Source: a bacterium
Lineage (GTDB): Bacteria; UBP18; UBA7526
Assembly (NCBI GenBank): GCA_030615855.1
Contig: JAUWYL010000001.1
Span: 53,850-117,849, forward strand
DNA length: 64,000 nt
Reading direction: 5' to 3'
The notes below the pieces were generated by a model that had not been told where the DNA came from, did no database searches, and saw nothing but the letters and a program-made list of their open reading frames with translations. Below are positions 40,224 through 50,919 of this stretch, piece by piece. Positions within the stretch are counted from its first letter, which is position 1, and each line of letters begins with the position of its first letter. The position numbers were made by a program, and so were the translations under genes.

Positions 40224-42977
40224 ATGGATTACGATAAAACTCTTTGTCTACCAAAGACGAAATTTCCTATGAAGGCCGAGCTTCCCAAGAGGGAGCCGGA
40301 GATACTCTCTCTCTGGGATAGAATGGATATTTATCAGAGAATAAGGGAGAAGAAGGGGGCCAAGAAGTACATTCTTCATGATGGTCCTCCCTATGCCAAT
40401 GGGGATGTTCACATTGGAACCGCCCTCAATAAGATATTAAAGGACATCATCGTCAAGTTCAAAACCATGTCTGGTTTTGATGTCCCCTTTGTTCCTGGCT
40501 GGGACTGCCATGGTCTCCCCATAGAGCACCAGGTGATGAAGTTCCTGGGGCCCAAGGGACTAAAACTCTCTCAGGTTGAGATCAGAAAGAAGTGCCAGGA
40601 TTACGCTAAGAAGTATATCGATATTCAGAAAAAACAGTTCAAGAGATTAGGAGTCTTCGGTGATTGGAAGAATCCTTATTTAACATTGGACCCTGAATAT
40701 GAGGCAAAGATCATAGAAATTTTTGCTAAACTTATTAAAGAAGGTTATGTTTACAAGAGGAAGAAACCCATCCACTGGTGCCCCACCTGCAAGACCGCCT
40801 TGGCAGAGGCGGAGCTGGAATATAAGGATCGTACCTCTCCTTCAATTTATGTCAAATTCAAACTCCTCCACCCTGACCGTTCACCGATCACTGTTCACCG
40901 TTCACCGATTTATATTATCATCTGGACCACCACTCCCTGGACGCTCCTGGGCAATGTAGCCATTGCCTTCCATCCCAACTTCGATTACCAACTCCTCAAG
41001 ATAAATGATGAGATATTTATTATGTTAAAAGATTTAGTTGCCCCCATTATGGAGAGACTGGGAATAGAGAACTTTGAAGTGTTGGATACCATTAAGGGTA
41101 AGAGATTTGAGGGATTGGAGTGCCAGCATCCCTTTTTGGATAAGAGATCAAGGCTCATCTTAGCAGATTATGTTACTAAAGAAGACGGGACGGGCTGTGT
41201 TCATACCGCACCGGGCCATGGAGAGGAGGATTACCAGAGTGGAGTGAAGTATGATCTACCCATCCTTTCCCCAGTGAGTGAGAGGGGGGAGTTTACTGAA
41301 GAGGCAGGAGAGTTTAAAGGTCAGGATGTCTTTAAGGCGAATGAAGGAATCATTAAGAAACTAAAAGAGACCGGAAATCTAATCTATGAGGAAACTCTTA
41401 TCCACTCCTATCCCCATTGCTGGAGATGCAAGAACCCGGTCATCTTTCGGGCAACGGAGCAGTGGTTCATCTCTGTAGACCATAAGAATTTAAGGAGAAG
41501 AGCACTTACTGAAATAGACAAAGTGGAATGGATCCCGGATTGGGGCAGATCGCGCATCAGGGGGATGGTGGAGGTCAGGCCCGACTGGTGTATCTCGAGG
41601 CAGAGGGCCTGGGGGGTTCCTCTTCCCATATTCTACTGTAAAGAGTGTAATCACTACTTAGCAAGTGAAGAGAGCCTGGAAGCAGTTAAGGAATTAGTAA
41701 GAAGGGAGGGCTCTGATAGCTGGTTTAAGAAGGGAGTAGATGAAATTCTTCCTCAAGGCACTATCTGTCTCAATTGTGGAGAAAAGAATTTTAGGAAAGA
41801 AACCGATATCTTAGATGTCTGGTTTGAATCCGGGGTGAGCCACCAGGCGGTATTGACTACCAGAGAAGAACTATCTTATCCTTCTGACCTCTACTTAGAG
41901 GGAAGCGACCAGCACCGGGGATGGTTCCAGAGCTCTCTATTGACCGCCTTGGGATGTGAAGAAAAGACTCCCTATAAATCGGTTCTTACCCATGGCTTCA
42001 TGGTGGATGGCAAGAGGAGGAAGATGTCCAAGTCCTTAGGAAACCTCATCTCTTCTGAAGAGATGGTTAAAAAAAACGGGGCAGATGTTACCAGATTATG
42101 GGTGGCCTCTGAGAACTATCAGGAGGATGTTGCCTACTCTGATGAGATAATAGAGAGGATGCAGGAGGCCTATCGCAGAATCCGGAATACCTTCCGCTAT
42201 CTTCTGGGGAACCTCTCCGACTTCGATCCCAAAAAAGATAGCATAGAATATGATGGGATGTTGGAGATAGATAGATGGGCCCTCTCCCAGTTGCAGAGTC
42301 TCCTGGAGAAGGTGACCAAGGCCTACCACAGTTTCTCCTTCTATCAGATCTACCATCTGGTCCACAACTTCTGCACCATTCAGCTATCTTCTTTCTACTT
42401 CGATATCCTGAAAGATAGATTATATACCCAGGGAAAAGATTCAAAGGAGAGGCGTTCTGCCCAGACCGCCCTCCATGAGATACTCCTAGTTTCAGTGAAG
42501 ATTATGGCTCCCATCCTCTCCTATACCATAGAGGAGGTCTGGGAATATCTTCCCGGCGAGAAAGAGGAAAGCGCCCATCTCTCTGACTGGCCAAAAGTAA
42601 ATAAAAGATTCTTGAATAAAAAATTGGAAGAGAGATGGGAGAGATTAATCTCCATCAGGGAAAGGGTCTTAGACTCCTTAGAAAAGGCCAGGAAGGAGAA
42701 GAGAATAGGTAATTCCTTAGAAGCAGAGGTGGAGATCCGTTGTGAGAAGGAATACCAATTCCTGAAAAAATATGAGAAAGATCTTCCTGCTTTATTCATC
42801 GTCTCTAAGGTAAGGTTAGTAAAGAAAGGGAATGGAGAGATACTGGTCAAGGTGAAAAAGGCGCCAGGAAAGAAATGTAGCCGCTGTTGGAACTATTCCA
42901 TAGAAGTGGGCAAAAGTAAAGAGTACCCTACCCTCTGCCCAAGGTGCATTAGAGTAATCAAGAAATATTACAGTTAG
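40224..42977 (+). CDS. ileS: Isoleucine--tRNA ligase
   Basis: LHDGPPYANG..HIG, GWDCHGLP, WCISRQR, KMSKS, C-terminal Zn finger. Confidence 0.97.
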   Translation: MDYDKTLCLPKTKFPMKAELPKREPEILSLWDRMDIYQRIREKKGAKKYILHDGPPYANGDVHIGTALNKILKDIIVKFKTMSGFDVPFVPGWDCHGLPIEHQVMKFLGPKGLKLSQVEIRKKCQDYAKKYIDIQKKQFKRLGVFGDWKNPYLTLDPEYEAKIIEIFAKLIKEGYVYKRKKPIHWCPTCKTALAEAELEYKDRTSPSIYVKFKLLHPDRSPITVHRSPIYIIIWTTTPWTLLGNVAIAFHPNFDYQLLKINDEIFIMLKDLVAPIMERLGIENFEVLDTIKGKRFEGLECQHPFLDKRSRLILADYVTKEDGTGCVHTAPGHGEEDYQSGVKYDLPILSPVSERGEFTEEAGEFKGQDVFKANEGIIKKLKETGNLIYEETLIHSYPHCWRCKNPVIFRATEQWFISVDHKNLRRRALTEIDKVEWIPDWGRSRIRGMVEVRPDWCISRQRAWGVPLPIFYCKECNHYLASEESLEAVKELVRREGSDSWFKKGVDEILPQGTICLNCGEKNFRKETDILDVWFESGVSHQAVLTTREELSYPSDLYLEGSDQHRGWFQSSLLTALGCEEKTPYKSVLTHGFMVDGKRRKMSKSLGNLISSEEMVKKNGADVTRLWVASENYQEDVAYSDEIIERMQEAYRRIRNTFRYLLGNLSDFDPKKDSIEYDGMLEIDRWALSQLQSLLEKVTKAYHSFSFYQIYHLVHNFCTIQLSSFYFDILKDRLYTQGKDSKERRSAQTALHEILLVSVKIMAPILSYTIEEVWEYLPGEKEESAHLSDWPKVNKRFLNKKLEERWERLISIRERVLDSLEKARKEKRIGNSLEAEVEIRCEKEYQFLKKYEKDLPALFIVSKVRLVKKGNGEILVKVKKAPGKKCSRCWNYSIEVGKSKEYPTLCPRCIRVIKKYYS

Positions 42978-43055
42978 TAACCAGTAACCAGCGAACAGTA
43001 ACCAGTTTTTAACTGTACACTGTAAACTGTTAACTCCGACCGAAGGGAGGTCGCA

Positions 43056-43385
43056 ATGGAAGAGAAAGAGATCAAAAGAGAAAATGAGGCTAAAGCGTTG
43101 GAGAAGTTAAAGACTACAGTGCAGGGATTATCCGAACACTTGGAGAAGTTGAGAAGTGAGTATGTGGAACTCTTCAAAAGACCCCGGAAATTCATCTGGA
43201 TGAACCTTTTCTTAGGAATAGTGCGTGGGGTAGGGATGTTTATTGGAATGGCGGTCCTGGGTGCTATCTTGGTTGCTATTGGTACGATGATTATGAAAAA
43301 GGGGGAAGCTCTTCCAATAATTGGAGAATTCTTTGCCAAGATCAATCAGGTACTAGATCAGGTACTGAAGACGAGTGGTAAATAG
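43056..43385 (+). CDS. Hypothetical membrane protein (DUF5665-like)
   Basis: NLFLGIVRGVGMFIG, LPIIGEF. Confidence 0.6.
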   Translation: MEEKEIKRENEAKALEKLKTTVQGLSEHLEKLRSEYVELFKRPRKFIWMNLFLGIVRGVGMFIGMAVLGAILVAIGTMIMKKGEALPIIGEFFAKINQVLDQVLKTSGK

Positions 43386-43391
43386 CGTGAG

Positions 43392-43556
43392 GGATTTACG
43401 GTTAACGGTGTATGGTTTACGGTAAAAAACCCTCTCTCTTTTTACTTAAGATTACGATCCTAAACCGTAAACAGTAAACAGCCCGAAGGGCGGGCAAATT
43501 GAATAGTAGTTATTCATCAGCGGGGCAAGTGAAACGCACCGCTCAACGGTAAACGA
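43392..43556 (+). repeat. Composite repeat with 56-bp core, copy 2
   Basis: Core at 43492-43547, 52/56 identical to copy 1. Confidence 0.85.
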
Positions 43557-43576
43557 TTGATAGAAGGAGGAGACAA

Positions 43577-43951
43577 ATGAGAAAGAAGAGTTTGGAATAT
43601 TATAAGAAGAAGCTCTTAAAATTGAGGAATAGTCTGGTGGAGGAGATCGAGCATCTGGAAGGGAGGTCTCTCTCAAAGACCCAGAGGGATTCTACTGGTG
43701 ATCTCTCTGGCTATTCCTTTCACATGGCAGATGTTGCCACTGTAAATCATGAGAGGGAGAAAGCCTTGAACTTAAGGGGGAGCGAGGAAAACCTACTCTA
43801 TAAGGTGGATCAGGCTTTGTATCGTATTGAGAAGAGAACCTATGGCCTCTGTATCCAATGTCAGAGAAAGATCCATAAGAAGCGTCTTGCTGCCATTCCT
43901 TATGCTGAGCTATGCATCAAATGCCAGGCAAGTCAGGAGAAGAGAACCTGA
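43577..43951 (+). CDS. TraR/DksA family C4 zinc-finger regulator
   Basis: HMAD.A, YGLC..C...I...RL.AIPYA.LCI.C. Confidence 0.9.
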   Translation: MRKKSLEYYKKKLLKLRNSLVEEIEHLEGRSLSKTQRDSTGDLSGYSFHMADVATVNHEREKALNLRGSEENLLYKVDQALYRIEKRTYGLCIQCQRKIHKKRLAAIPYAELCIKCQASQEKRT

Positions 43952-44400
43952 TGTTCCTTTTTCTCCTGGCAGCCATCATCCTCATTTTAGACCAGGTATC
44001 AAAGTTCATCATCTGTCGGATCATACTGCCTGGGGGATCGTTTCCGGTAATTGAAAATATCTTTCATCTCACCTACGTTCAGAATCAAGGAGCAGCCTTC
44101 GGCCTCTTTCCCAATCAGACATTATTCTTTATTAGCATTACCCTACTCACCGTCCTCCTCATCCTCTTCTTTCACCAGAGGCTCTCTAAAAAAGGAAGTC
44201 CCCCCTCCTGGGCCCTGGGCCTTATTTTAGGAGGGGCATTGGGAAACCTGATAGATAGGATAAGGTTAAAAGCGGTCATCGATTTCTTAGATTTTAGCTT
44301 GAAGGGTCACCACTGGCCATCTTTTAATATCGCAGACTCCGCCATTACCATTGGAGCAATAATCCTCCTTTTCTCCGTGTTATTTAAAAAAGGAAAGTAA
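43951..44400 (+). CDS. lspA: Signal peptidase II
   Basis: LDQ.SK, N.GAAFG, GGALGNLIDR, FNIADSAI. Confidence 0.95.
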   Translation: MFLFLLAAIILILDQVSKFIICRIILPGGSFPVIENIFHLTYVQNQGAAFGLFPNQTLFFISITLLTVLLILFFHQRLSKKGSPPSWALGLILGGALGNLIDRIRLKAVIDFLDFSLKGHHWPSFNIADSAITIGAIILLFSVLFKKGK

Positions 44401-44401
44401 G

Positions 44402-45206
44402 ATGCATCCCATCCTCTTCGAAATAGGGCCATTGACCATCTATTCCTATGGGGTGATGCTTGCCTTGGCCTTTGTTGTGGGTATCTGGTTTGCCACCCGC
44501 CAGGCACGAAGAGAAGAAGTTTCCGCCAATACCATATTAGATCTCTCTCTCGTTGCCCTGTTAACTGGGATAATCGGCGCTAGAATACTCTTTGTTCTTC
44601 TCAATTTAAATTACTATCTTCTTCATCCCTTTGAGATCATCATGTTCTGGCAGGGAGGATTGATCTACTCTGGGGGACTCATTCTAGGGACATTATGCGC
44701 CATACTATTCCTGAAAGTCCGCAGGCTAAATATCTGGAAGGTAGTAGATATCTACGCCCCTTCTTTGGCTATTGGCCAGGCCATTGGCCGTATCGGTTGT
44801 TTTTTAAACGGCTGTTGCTTTGGTAAGCCGGTTTCCTGGGGAATCAAATTCCCTCCGGGAAGTATGGCCTCTTATGAACAGTTCTCTCAAAGTCTAATCA
44901 AGAGTGTCAATGAATACTCCCTTCCCGTTCATCCCACTCAATTATATTCTTCTCTCAATGCCCTGATAATCTTTCTTATCCTCATTCTGGTGAGAAGGAG
45001 GAAGAGATTTAATGGGGAACTCTTCTGGCTCTATCTTCTCTTATATGCCATCACCAGATTTGGCATTGAGTTCTTAAGGGGGTGATAATCGGGGTCCGGT
45101 ATTTTTTAATCTCTTTAGCATCTCTCAATTAATTGGAGTAAGAATATTTATTTTAGCTTTCATCATGTTTTTTGTGCTTAAAAGAAAGGAGGTGAAAATA
45201 GAATGA
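44402..45206 (+). CDS. lgt: Prolipoprotein diacylglyceryl transferase (apparent +1 frameshift in a G5 run at 45078-45082)
   Basis: GARI, GGL, GRIGCFLNGCCFG, HPTQLY, EFLRG; the +1 frame continues DNRG...SISQ plus a TM helix to a TGA overlapping the next ATG. Confidence 0.85.
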
Positions 45207-46168
45207 AGAAAAGCGTTTTGCTGCCACTTTTTATTCTTTTGGTCATTGCTGGTTGCGCCCCCAAAGCGGTGAAACTGGAGAATAGGTATATCCTAGGCGA
45301 GACTCTGAGATACAGGATGGAGGCAAGCGGTAAAGGGGCCATGACCTTAAGTGGCCTTCCTGGAGAGAAAGAAGCTAAGAGCATAGATATGGACATTCAT
45401 CTGGAGATGGATAGTAGCCAAAAGGTCTTGGCAGTTGATGAAGAGGGAACCGCAGATTTAGAACTCTCCTATGATCGGTTGACAGAGAAGATTACTTCTG
45501 CTGGACAAACCATGGAGATAATTGCTGACAAGGATGCTATCATCATGAGGCAGAATGGAAAGGTCATTTATGATTCTACTGCTCCTGAAGCAGAGAGAAG
45601 ACCTTCTCCGTTTAAGGGACTCATTGGACAGTCCATGAGTATGAAGGTGACTAAGACCGGGAAGATCCTGGAGGTTAAGGGGCTTGAAGGACTGAAGAGA
45701 CTCATGCCTCAACTTGATATTCAGGGAATGATCAAACAGAGTCAACCCGCTTTCCCGGAAAAAGAGGTAAGGATCGGAGAATCCTGGACTCAAGATGTAG
45801 AACTTCCTCTTCCCCAGGTAGGTAAACCGGTTACTATCGAGACCAAGTACACCCTGAAAGGCTTTGAGAAGGTTAAGGGATATAACTGTGCCCGGATAGA
45901 GGCCAAGGTGGATGTTCTGCTTACTGACCTGGTCTTCGACATGTCCCTGGGCAAGCCTCAGATAGAAGTAGGGATGGTCATTGATAGGCTTTCTCAGAAG
46001 ATGGAAGGGATACTTTACTTTGCTCATAAAGAGGGGATAGTTGTAAAGAGCGATCAGGATGTGGATATGAGCATGGAGATGACTACCAAGATGAAGAGAG
46101 CGGGGGAAGAGACGGAGATGAAGACCAAGATGGATATGAAGATGAAGGTAGTCATGGAACTTCAGTAA
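45203..46168 (+). CDS. Hypothetical beta-rich lipoprotein (DUF6263-like)
   Basis: Lipobox IAGC; FPEKEV.IGESW motif. Confidence 0.65.
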   Translation: MKKSVLLPLFILLVIAGCAPKAVKLENRYILGETLRYRMEASGKGAMTLSGLPGEKEAKSIDMDIHLEMDSSQKVLAVDEEGTADLELSYDRLTEKITSAGQTMEIIADKDAIIMRQNGKVIYDSTAPEAERRPSPFKGLIGQSMSMKVTKTGKILEVKGLEGLKRLMPQLDIQGMIKQSQPAFPEKEVRIGESWTQDVELPLPQVGKPVTIETKYTLKGFEKVKGYNCARIEAKVDVLLTDLVFDMSLGKPQIEVGMVIDRLSQKMEGILYFAHKEGIVVKSDQDVDMSMEMTTKMKRAGEETEMKTKMDMKMKVVMELQ

Positions 46169-46169
46169 T

Positions 46170-47105
46170 ATGTTCCGGTTCGTCATTGACCATCTCCAGG
46201 CCAACCAGAGAATAGACCTCTACCTTGTGCAAAAAAGATTAGACCTTTCCCGTTCCCAGATCCAAAGATTAATCTCCTCTGGCAAGATAAGAGTAAACGA
46301 TTTAGTTGTAAAACCGAGCTATAAAGTAAGAGTTAAGGATAGAATAGAGGTCACTATTCCCAAACCAAGGCCTCTTAAAATAGAGCCGGAGAAGATACCC
46401 CTTAGTATCCTCTATGAGGATAGGGATTTGATTGTGGTCAATAAGCCAAGGGGGATGGTGGTCCATCCTGGGGCAGGGGTAAGTTCTGGCACCTTGGTAA
46501 ATGCTTTACTCTATCACTGTAAGGACCTATCCGGCATCGGTGGGGTCTTAAGGCCAGGGATTGTCCATAGGTTAGATAAGGATACCAGCGGAGTCTTGGT
46601 AGTTGCCAAGAACGACTTCGCCCATCTTACCCTATCCAAACAGTTTAAAGAGAGAAGAGTCAATAAAAGATATATTGTCTTAGTAAAGGGTGGAGTCTTA
46701 AAAGAGCAAGGCAAAATTGAGGCTCCTATTGGTCGCCATCCAGTGAAGAGAAAGAAGATGGCTGCTGGTGTGAGAAGAGCAAGGAGAGCCATTACCAGTT
46801 ATAAGGTCTTAGAGAGGTTTAAGGACTTTACTCTCATAGAAGCCATCCCAGAAACGGGAAGGACCCATCAGATAAGGGTTCATCTGACCCATATCGGCCA
46901 TTCCATAGTGGGGGATGCGAAGTATGGGACGAAAAAACTCAAAACTCAAAACTTAAAACTTAAAATAGCAATAGATAATTTGAAGGGGCAGGCATTGCAT
47001 GCTCAGACCTTGGGCTTCACCCACCCTAGAACCAAGGAATATATGGAATTCAACGCACCCCTGCCAGAGGATATGGAAAAGGTAATTGAACTCTTAAGGA
47101 AATGA
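46170..47105 (+). CDS. rluD: RluA/RluD family pseudouridine synthase
   Basis: S4 domain, HRLDKDTSG, TGRTHQIRVH, QALHA. Confidence 0.93.
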   Translation: MFRFVIDHLQANQRIDLYLVQKRLDLSRSQIQRLISSGKIRVNDLVVKPSYKVRVKDRIEVTIPKPRPLKIEPEKIPLSILYEDRDLIVVNKPRGMVVHPGAGVSSGTLVNALLYHCKDLSGIGGVLRPGIVHRLDKDTSGVLVVAKNDFAHLTLSKQFKERRVNKRYIVLVKGGVLKEQGKIEAPIGRHPVKRKKMAAGVRRARRAITSYKVLERFKDFTLIEAIPETGRTHQIRVHLTHIGHSIVGDAKYGTKKLKTQNLKLKIAIDNLKGQALHAQTLGFTHPRTKEYMEFNAPLPEDMEKVIELLRK

Positions 47106-47698
47106 AAGTCATAGAGAATATTCCCATCGAGATTGAGAAAGAAGAGGTCTTGAAGAGCCTGGGGTATTATAGGAAGAAGAAAAGCGTTCTCTCCTCCAGT
47201 ATCGATGCTCTGATTGAGGAAGAGATGAAGAAGGCTAAGGGACTGATCAGGGGTAAAGGGATTTATGTTATCTTGCCAGTAGAATCTAAATCTAAAGATA
47301 AAATTGCCTTAAAGAATATTACCCTTAAGGGAAAGACCATCGCCAAGGCCATGGCAAAAGCAGAGGAAATTGCTCTCTTTGTGGATACCATTGGCCCCGC
47401 TTTAGAGGCAGAGGTCAACCGTCTCTACCAGAAAGATGAGTATACCAAGGCCACTATCCTGGATACCATCGGCTCTGTGGCAGCAGATGAAGGAGCAGAG
47501 TATCTGAACTCCATAATCGTAGAGAAGGCGAGGAAGAAGAGCACCCCCCGCTTTTCTCCGGGATACGGGAACTGGGATCTGAGCATTCAGAAGAAACTCC
47601 TGAAAGTCACCCAGGCCTCAAATATCGGGGTTACCTGCAACGAGGCCTTCTTCATGATACCCAGGAAGTCGGTCTCAGCAGCCATTGGATTATACTGA
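47102..47698 (+). CDS. Stand-alone B12-dependent methionine synthase activation domain
   Basis: TIG..LE, RFSPGYG.W, MIPRKSVSA. Confidence 0.85.
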   Translation: MKVIENIPIEIEKEEVLKSLGYYRKKKSVLSSSIDALIEEEMKKAKGLIRGKGIYVILPVESKSKDKIALKNITLKGKTIAKAMAKAEEIALFVDTIGPALEAEVNRLYQKDEYTKATILDTIGSVAADEGAEYLNSIIVEKARKKSTPRFSPGYGNWDLSIQKKLLKVTQASNIGVTCNEAFFMIPRKSVSAAIGLY

Positions 47699-47735
47699 TT
47701 AAAGTAGGAAAGAAGAAGAGTAGGAAAGTAGGAAA

Positions 47736-50132
47736 GTGAAAAAATCCTTTTTGGAGAGATTAAAAGACGAAATCCTGGTCTTTGATGGGGCGATGGGGAC
47801 GGAACTCCCCCCTAATTTAGGAAGATGCCCCGAAGGGTTAAACCTCACCCATCCAGAAGTAGTTGCTAAAGTCCATTCCTCCTATGTAGATGCTGGAGCG
47901 GATGTCATTACCACTAATACCTTTGGGGGGAATAGATTAAAACTAAAGGAGAGTGGTTTAGAAGATAAGTTAGAAGAAATCAATACCAGAGGAATAGAGA
48001 TAGCAAAGGAAGCGGCAGGAGATAAGGCATTGGTTGCTGCTTCTGTTGGCCCCACCGGAAAGTTATTAGAGCCTCTGGGAGAATTTACCTTTGACCAGTT
48101 CTACGATGTCTATCGAGAACAGATAAGAATTCTTGCTCAGGCAGGAGCAGATATCATCATCTTGGAGACCATGCTCGACATCCAGGAGGTGAAGATTGCC
48201 CTCTTAGCCGCAAAAGAGAATTGTGATCTTCCCGTAATCTCTTCCCTTACTTTTACTAAAGAGGGAAGAATGGTCACGGGAAGCGATCCTCTGATAGCTG
48301 CCACTATCTTAGAACCTTTAAAACCAGATCTCCTAGGAGCAAACTGTAGCTTGGGGCCTGAAGGGTTAATAAAAGTAATGAGGAAATTTGCTTCGGCAAC
48401 CGATCTTCCTCTCATTGTGGAGCCCAATGCCGGGCTTCCCAGAATGGTTCAAGGAAAGACCGTCTACCCCGCTTCCCCAGATTATATGGCGAGGTATGCT
48501 TCAGAGTTTGTTAACCTTGGAATAAATGTCGTAGGTAGTTGTTGTGGAAGCGGTCCTGAGCATACTAAGGCCATTATCAGTAAAGTAAAGGATAAAAGAC
48601 CCAAGAAAAGAAAAGTAAAATCGATGACTTATCTGGCATCAAGAACTAAGATCGCCTCTTTTGCTAAGAGACCAGTCATCATTGGGGAGAGGATAAACCC
48701 TACTGGGAAGAAGGCCCTTCAGGAAGAGTTAAGGAATGATAGATTCTCTTTAGTGAGGGAGGAGGCAAAGAAGCAGGCAGAGGAAGGGGCAAAGGTCTTA
48801 GATATGAATGTTGGTGGAGAGGGAATAGACGAAGCAAGGACTTTGAAGAAAGCGATCCTGGTTATAGAAAAGACAACTGACCTTTCTCTTTCCATCGATA
48901 GCCCCAATCCAGAGGCCATTGAGAAAGCCTTAAAAGTTATTGGAGGAAAGGCTCTCATCAATTCTGCAAATGGGAAAGAGGAATCTTTAAAAGTTATATT
49001 GCCCCTGGCCAAGAGGTTCGGAGCAGCGATTATTGGATTGACCTTAGATGAAGAGGGAATACCGAAGACTGCCGAGAAGAGACTCCAGATTGCCAAGAAG
49101 ATTGTTGATAGAGCAGTAAAAGTTGGGATTTCTAAAGAAAACATCTTCATCGATACCCTTACTTTGACAGTGGCCAGTCAGCAGGAACAGGCATTGGAAT
49201 CCCTGAAAGCCCTGAAGTTAGTAAAGAGGGAATTAGGGGTCAAGACAATTTTAGGAGTGAGCAACATCTCATTTGGCCTTCCCAATAGGCCTTTATTGAA
49301 TGCTACTTTTTATCATCTGGCGAAGAGCTATGGTCTGGATGCTGCCCTTATGAATCCCAGGGATGTTAAGTTAAAGGGTTCCTCCTTAGCATTAAAAGTT
49401 CTTAAGGGCGAGGATAAAGGAGCAAAGGAGTATATCAAGGTCCAGAAGGGAATAATAGAAGAAGAGATTAGACCAAAAGAAGAAGCGGATATTAGAATTC
49501 AGTTGAAAGAAGCAATTATTGAAGGTAATAAGGAAGATATCTTAAGACTTACGGAAGAGGCCCTGAAAAAAGAACTTAAGCCCTTAAAGATTATGGACGA
49601 GATTCTGACCCCGGCCATTACTTTAGTTGGTGAGAGATACGATGAGGGGATCTATTTTTTACCTCAGCTCATTTCCTCGGCAGAGGTCATGAAATTAGCC
49701 TGTGAGAGATTAAGCAAAGAAATGAAGAGAGAGACTATCTCTACCCAGGGGAGGATAGTTATGGCTACGGTAGAAGGAGACATCCACGATATCGGAAAGA
49801 ATATCGTCTCTTTACTCCTCTCCAATCATGGCTTTGAGGTAATTGACTTAGGAAAGGATGTTAAGAAAGAAAAGATTATTCAGGAAGTCCTCTCTCAGAA
49901 AGCAGATCTAATTGGCCTCTCTGCTCTAATGACCACTACTATGGGCCGGATGAAAGAAATAGGTGATGAACTGAAAAGACGGAGGATAGATATTCCCACT
50001 TTAGTGGGAGGTGCAGTAGTAACCAGTCAGTATGCTAAGAAAATTGGAGCGACCTATGCCGAGGATGCTATTGAAGCGGTAAAGAAAGCAAAAGAACTCA
50101 TAAGAGCAAGGGTGAGCAAGAAAAACAGATAA
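47736..50132 (+). CDS. metH: Cobalamin-dependent methionine synthase (Hcy, pterin and B12 domains)
   Basis: DGAMGT, GANCS, GSCCG, IGERINPTGK, DIHDIGKNIV, LSALMTTT. Confidence 0.9.
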   Translation: MKKSFLERLKDEILVFDGAMGTELPPNLGRCPEGLNLTHPEVVAKVHSSYVDAGADVITTNTFGGNRLKLKESGLEDKLEEINTRGIEIAKEAAGDKALVAASVGPTGKLLEPLGEFTFDQFYDVYREQIRILAQAGADIIILETMLDIQEVKIALLAAKENCDLPVISSLTFTKEGRMVTGSDPLIAATILEPLKPDLLGANCSLGPEGLIKVMRKFASATDLPLIVEPNAGLPRMVQGKTVYPASPDYMARYASEFVNLGINVVGSCCGSGPEHTKAIISKVKDKRPKKRKVKSMTYLASRTKIASFAKRPVIIGERINPTGKKALQEELRNDRFSLVREEAKKQAEEGAKVLDMNVGGEGIDEARTLKKAILVIEKTTDLSLSIDSPNPEAIEKALKVIGGKALINSANGKEESLKVILPLAKRFGAAIIGLTLDEEGIPKTAEKRLQIAKKIVDRAVKVGISKENIFIDTLTLTVASQQEQALESLKALKLVKRELGVKTILGVSNISFGLPNRPLLNATFYHLAKSYGLDAALMNPRDVKLKGSSLALKVLKGEDKGAKEYIKVQKGIIEEEIRPKEEADIRIQLKEAIIEGNKEDILRLTEEALKKELKPLKIMDEILTPAITLVGERYDEGIYFLPQLISSAEVMKLACERLSKEMKRETISTQGRIVMATVEGDIHDIGKNIVSLLLSNHGFEVIDLGKDVKKEKIIQEVLSQKADLIGLSALMTTTMGRMKEIGDELKRRRIDIPTLVGGAVVTSQYAKKIGATYAEDAIEAVKKAKELIRARVSKKNR

Positions 50133-50262
50133 AAAGTTAATAGCAGTTAATAACGGTTAATACCAGTTAATATCAATTGCTCTTTTAAATGCAACCGATT
50201 TTAACCGTTGATAACAGTTTTTAACCGATATTAACCTTCTTGCTAATCCGTGGAGGTAAGCA

Positions 50263-50919
50263 GTGATTATTAGTGAACAGAAACCGAGAGAAGAGATTTT
50301 AGAGATGCTAAAGGGTAAGGAAAAGGTATTCATCGTGGGTTGCGCTGCCTGCGCCACAAAGTGCCAGACCGGGGGAGAGGATGAGGTAAAGGAAATGAAA
50401 AGGGAACTAAAGAAAGAGGGCAAGAAGATTACTGGTACCATTGTTCTCGATACCCCTTGTGATGAGCGCATTGTGAAGAAAGACCTTTCTTCTCTTTCCT
50501 CCTTAAAGAATAGCAACTCTTTATTAATCATGGCCTGTGGCGTGGGATTGCAGACCATAGGGAAACTAATCGACAGGCCGCTCATCCCTGCTCTAAATCC
50601 TCTCTTTGCTGGAACCACAGAGAGGATTGGAAGATATTATGAATACTGCTCCCTCTGCGGCGACTGCCTCTTGGATGAGTTTGAAGGTCTCTGCCCTCTG
50701 ACGAGATGCGCCAAGGGACTATTGAACGGCCCCTGCGGCGGGGCACGGGATGGGAAATGTGAAGTAAACCCCGCCCCTGCGCGCAGGAGCGGGGTAAATG
50801 ATGAGATAGACTGTGTCTGGGCCTTGATCTATGAGAAGACAAAGGAGCCCCTTAAGACCTACTATGAGCCGCGGGATTACAAGAAGATATTGATGCCCGG
50901 AAGGAGGGTGGTGAGGTAA
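50263..50919 (+). CDS. metV: MTHFR C-terminal-domain protein (MetV-like Fe-S/Zn subunit)
   Basis: GC..CAT.C.TGG, C..CG.C, CP...CAKGLLNGPCGG; 30-bp insert at 50769-50798. Confidence 0.85.
   Translation: MIISEQKPREEILEMLKGKEKVFIVGCAACATKCQTGGEDEVKEMKRELKKEGKKITGTIVLDTPCDERIVKKDLSSLSSLKNSNSLLIMACGVGLQTIGKLIDRPLIPALNPLFAGTTERIGRYYEYCSLCGDCLLDEFEGLCPLTRCAKGLLNGPCGGARDGKCEVNPAPARRSGVNDEIDCVWALIYEKTKEPLKTYYEPRDYKKILMPGRRVVR

Noticed and set aside
45083-45088. Selenocysteine or alternative-code readthrough of the lgt TGA
   Set aside because: TGA is followed immediately by TAA and homology continues in the +1 frame; TGA is a normal stop elsewhere in the window.
45458-46204. Long antisense ORFs (also 19857-20642, 57959-58429 and others)
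   Set aside because: Shadows of well-supported + strand genes with no recognisable motifs.
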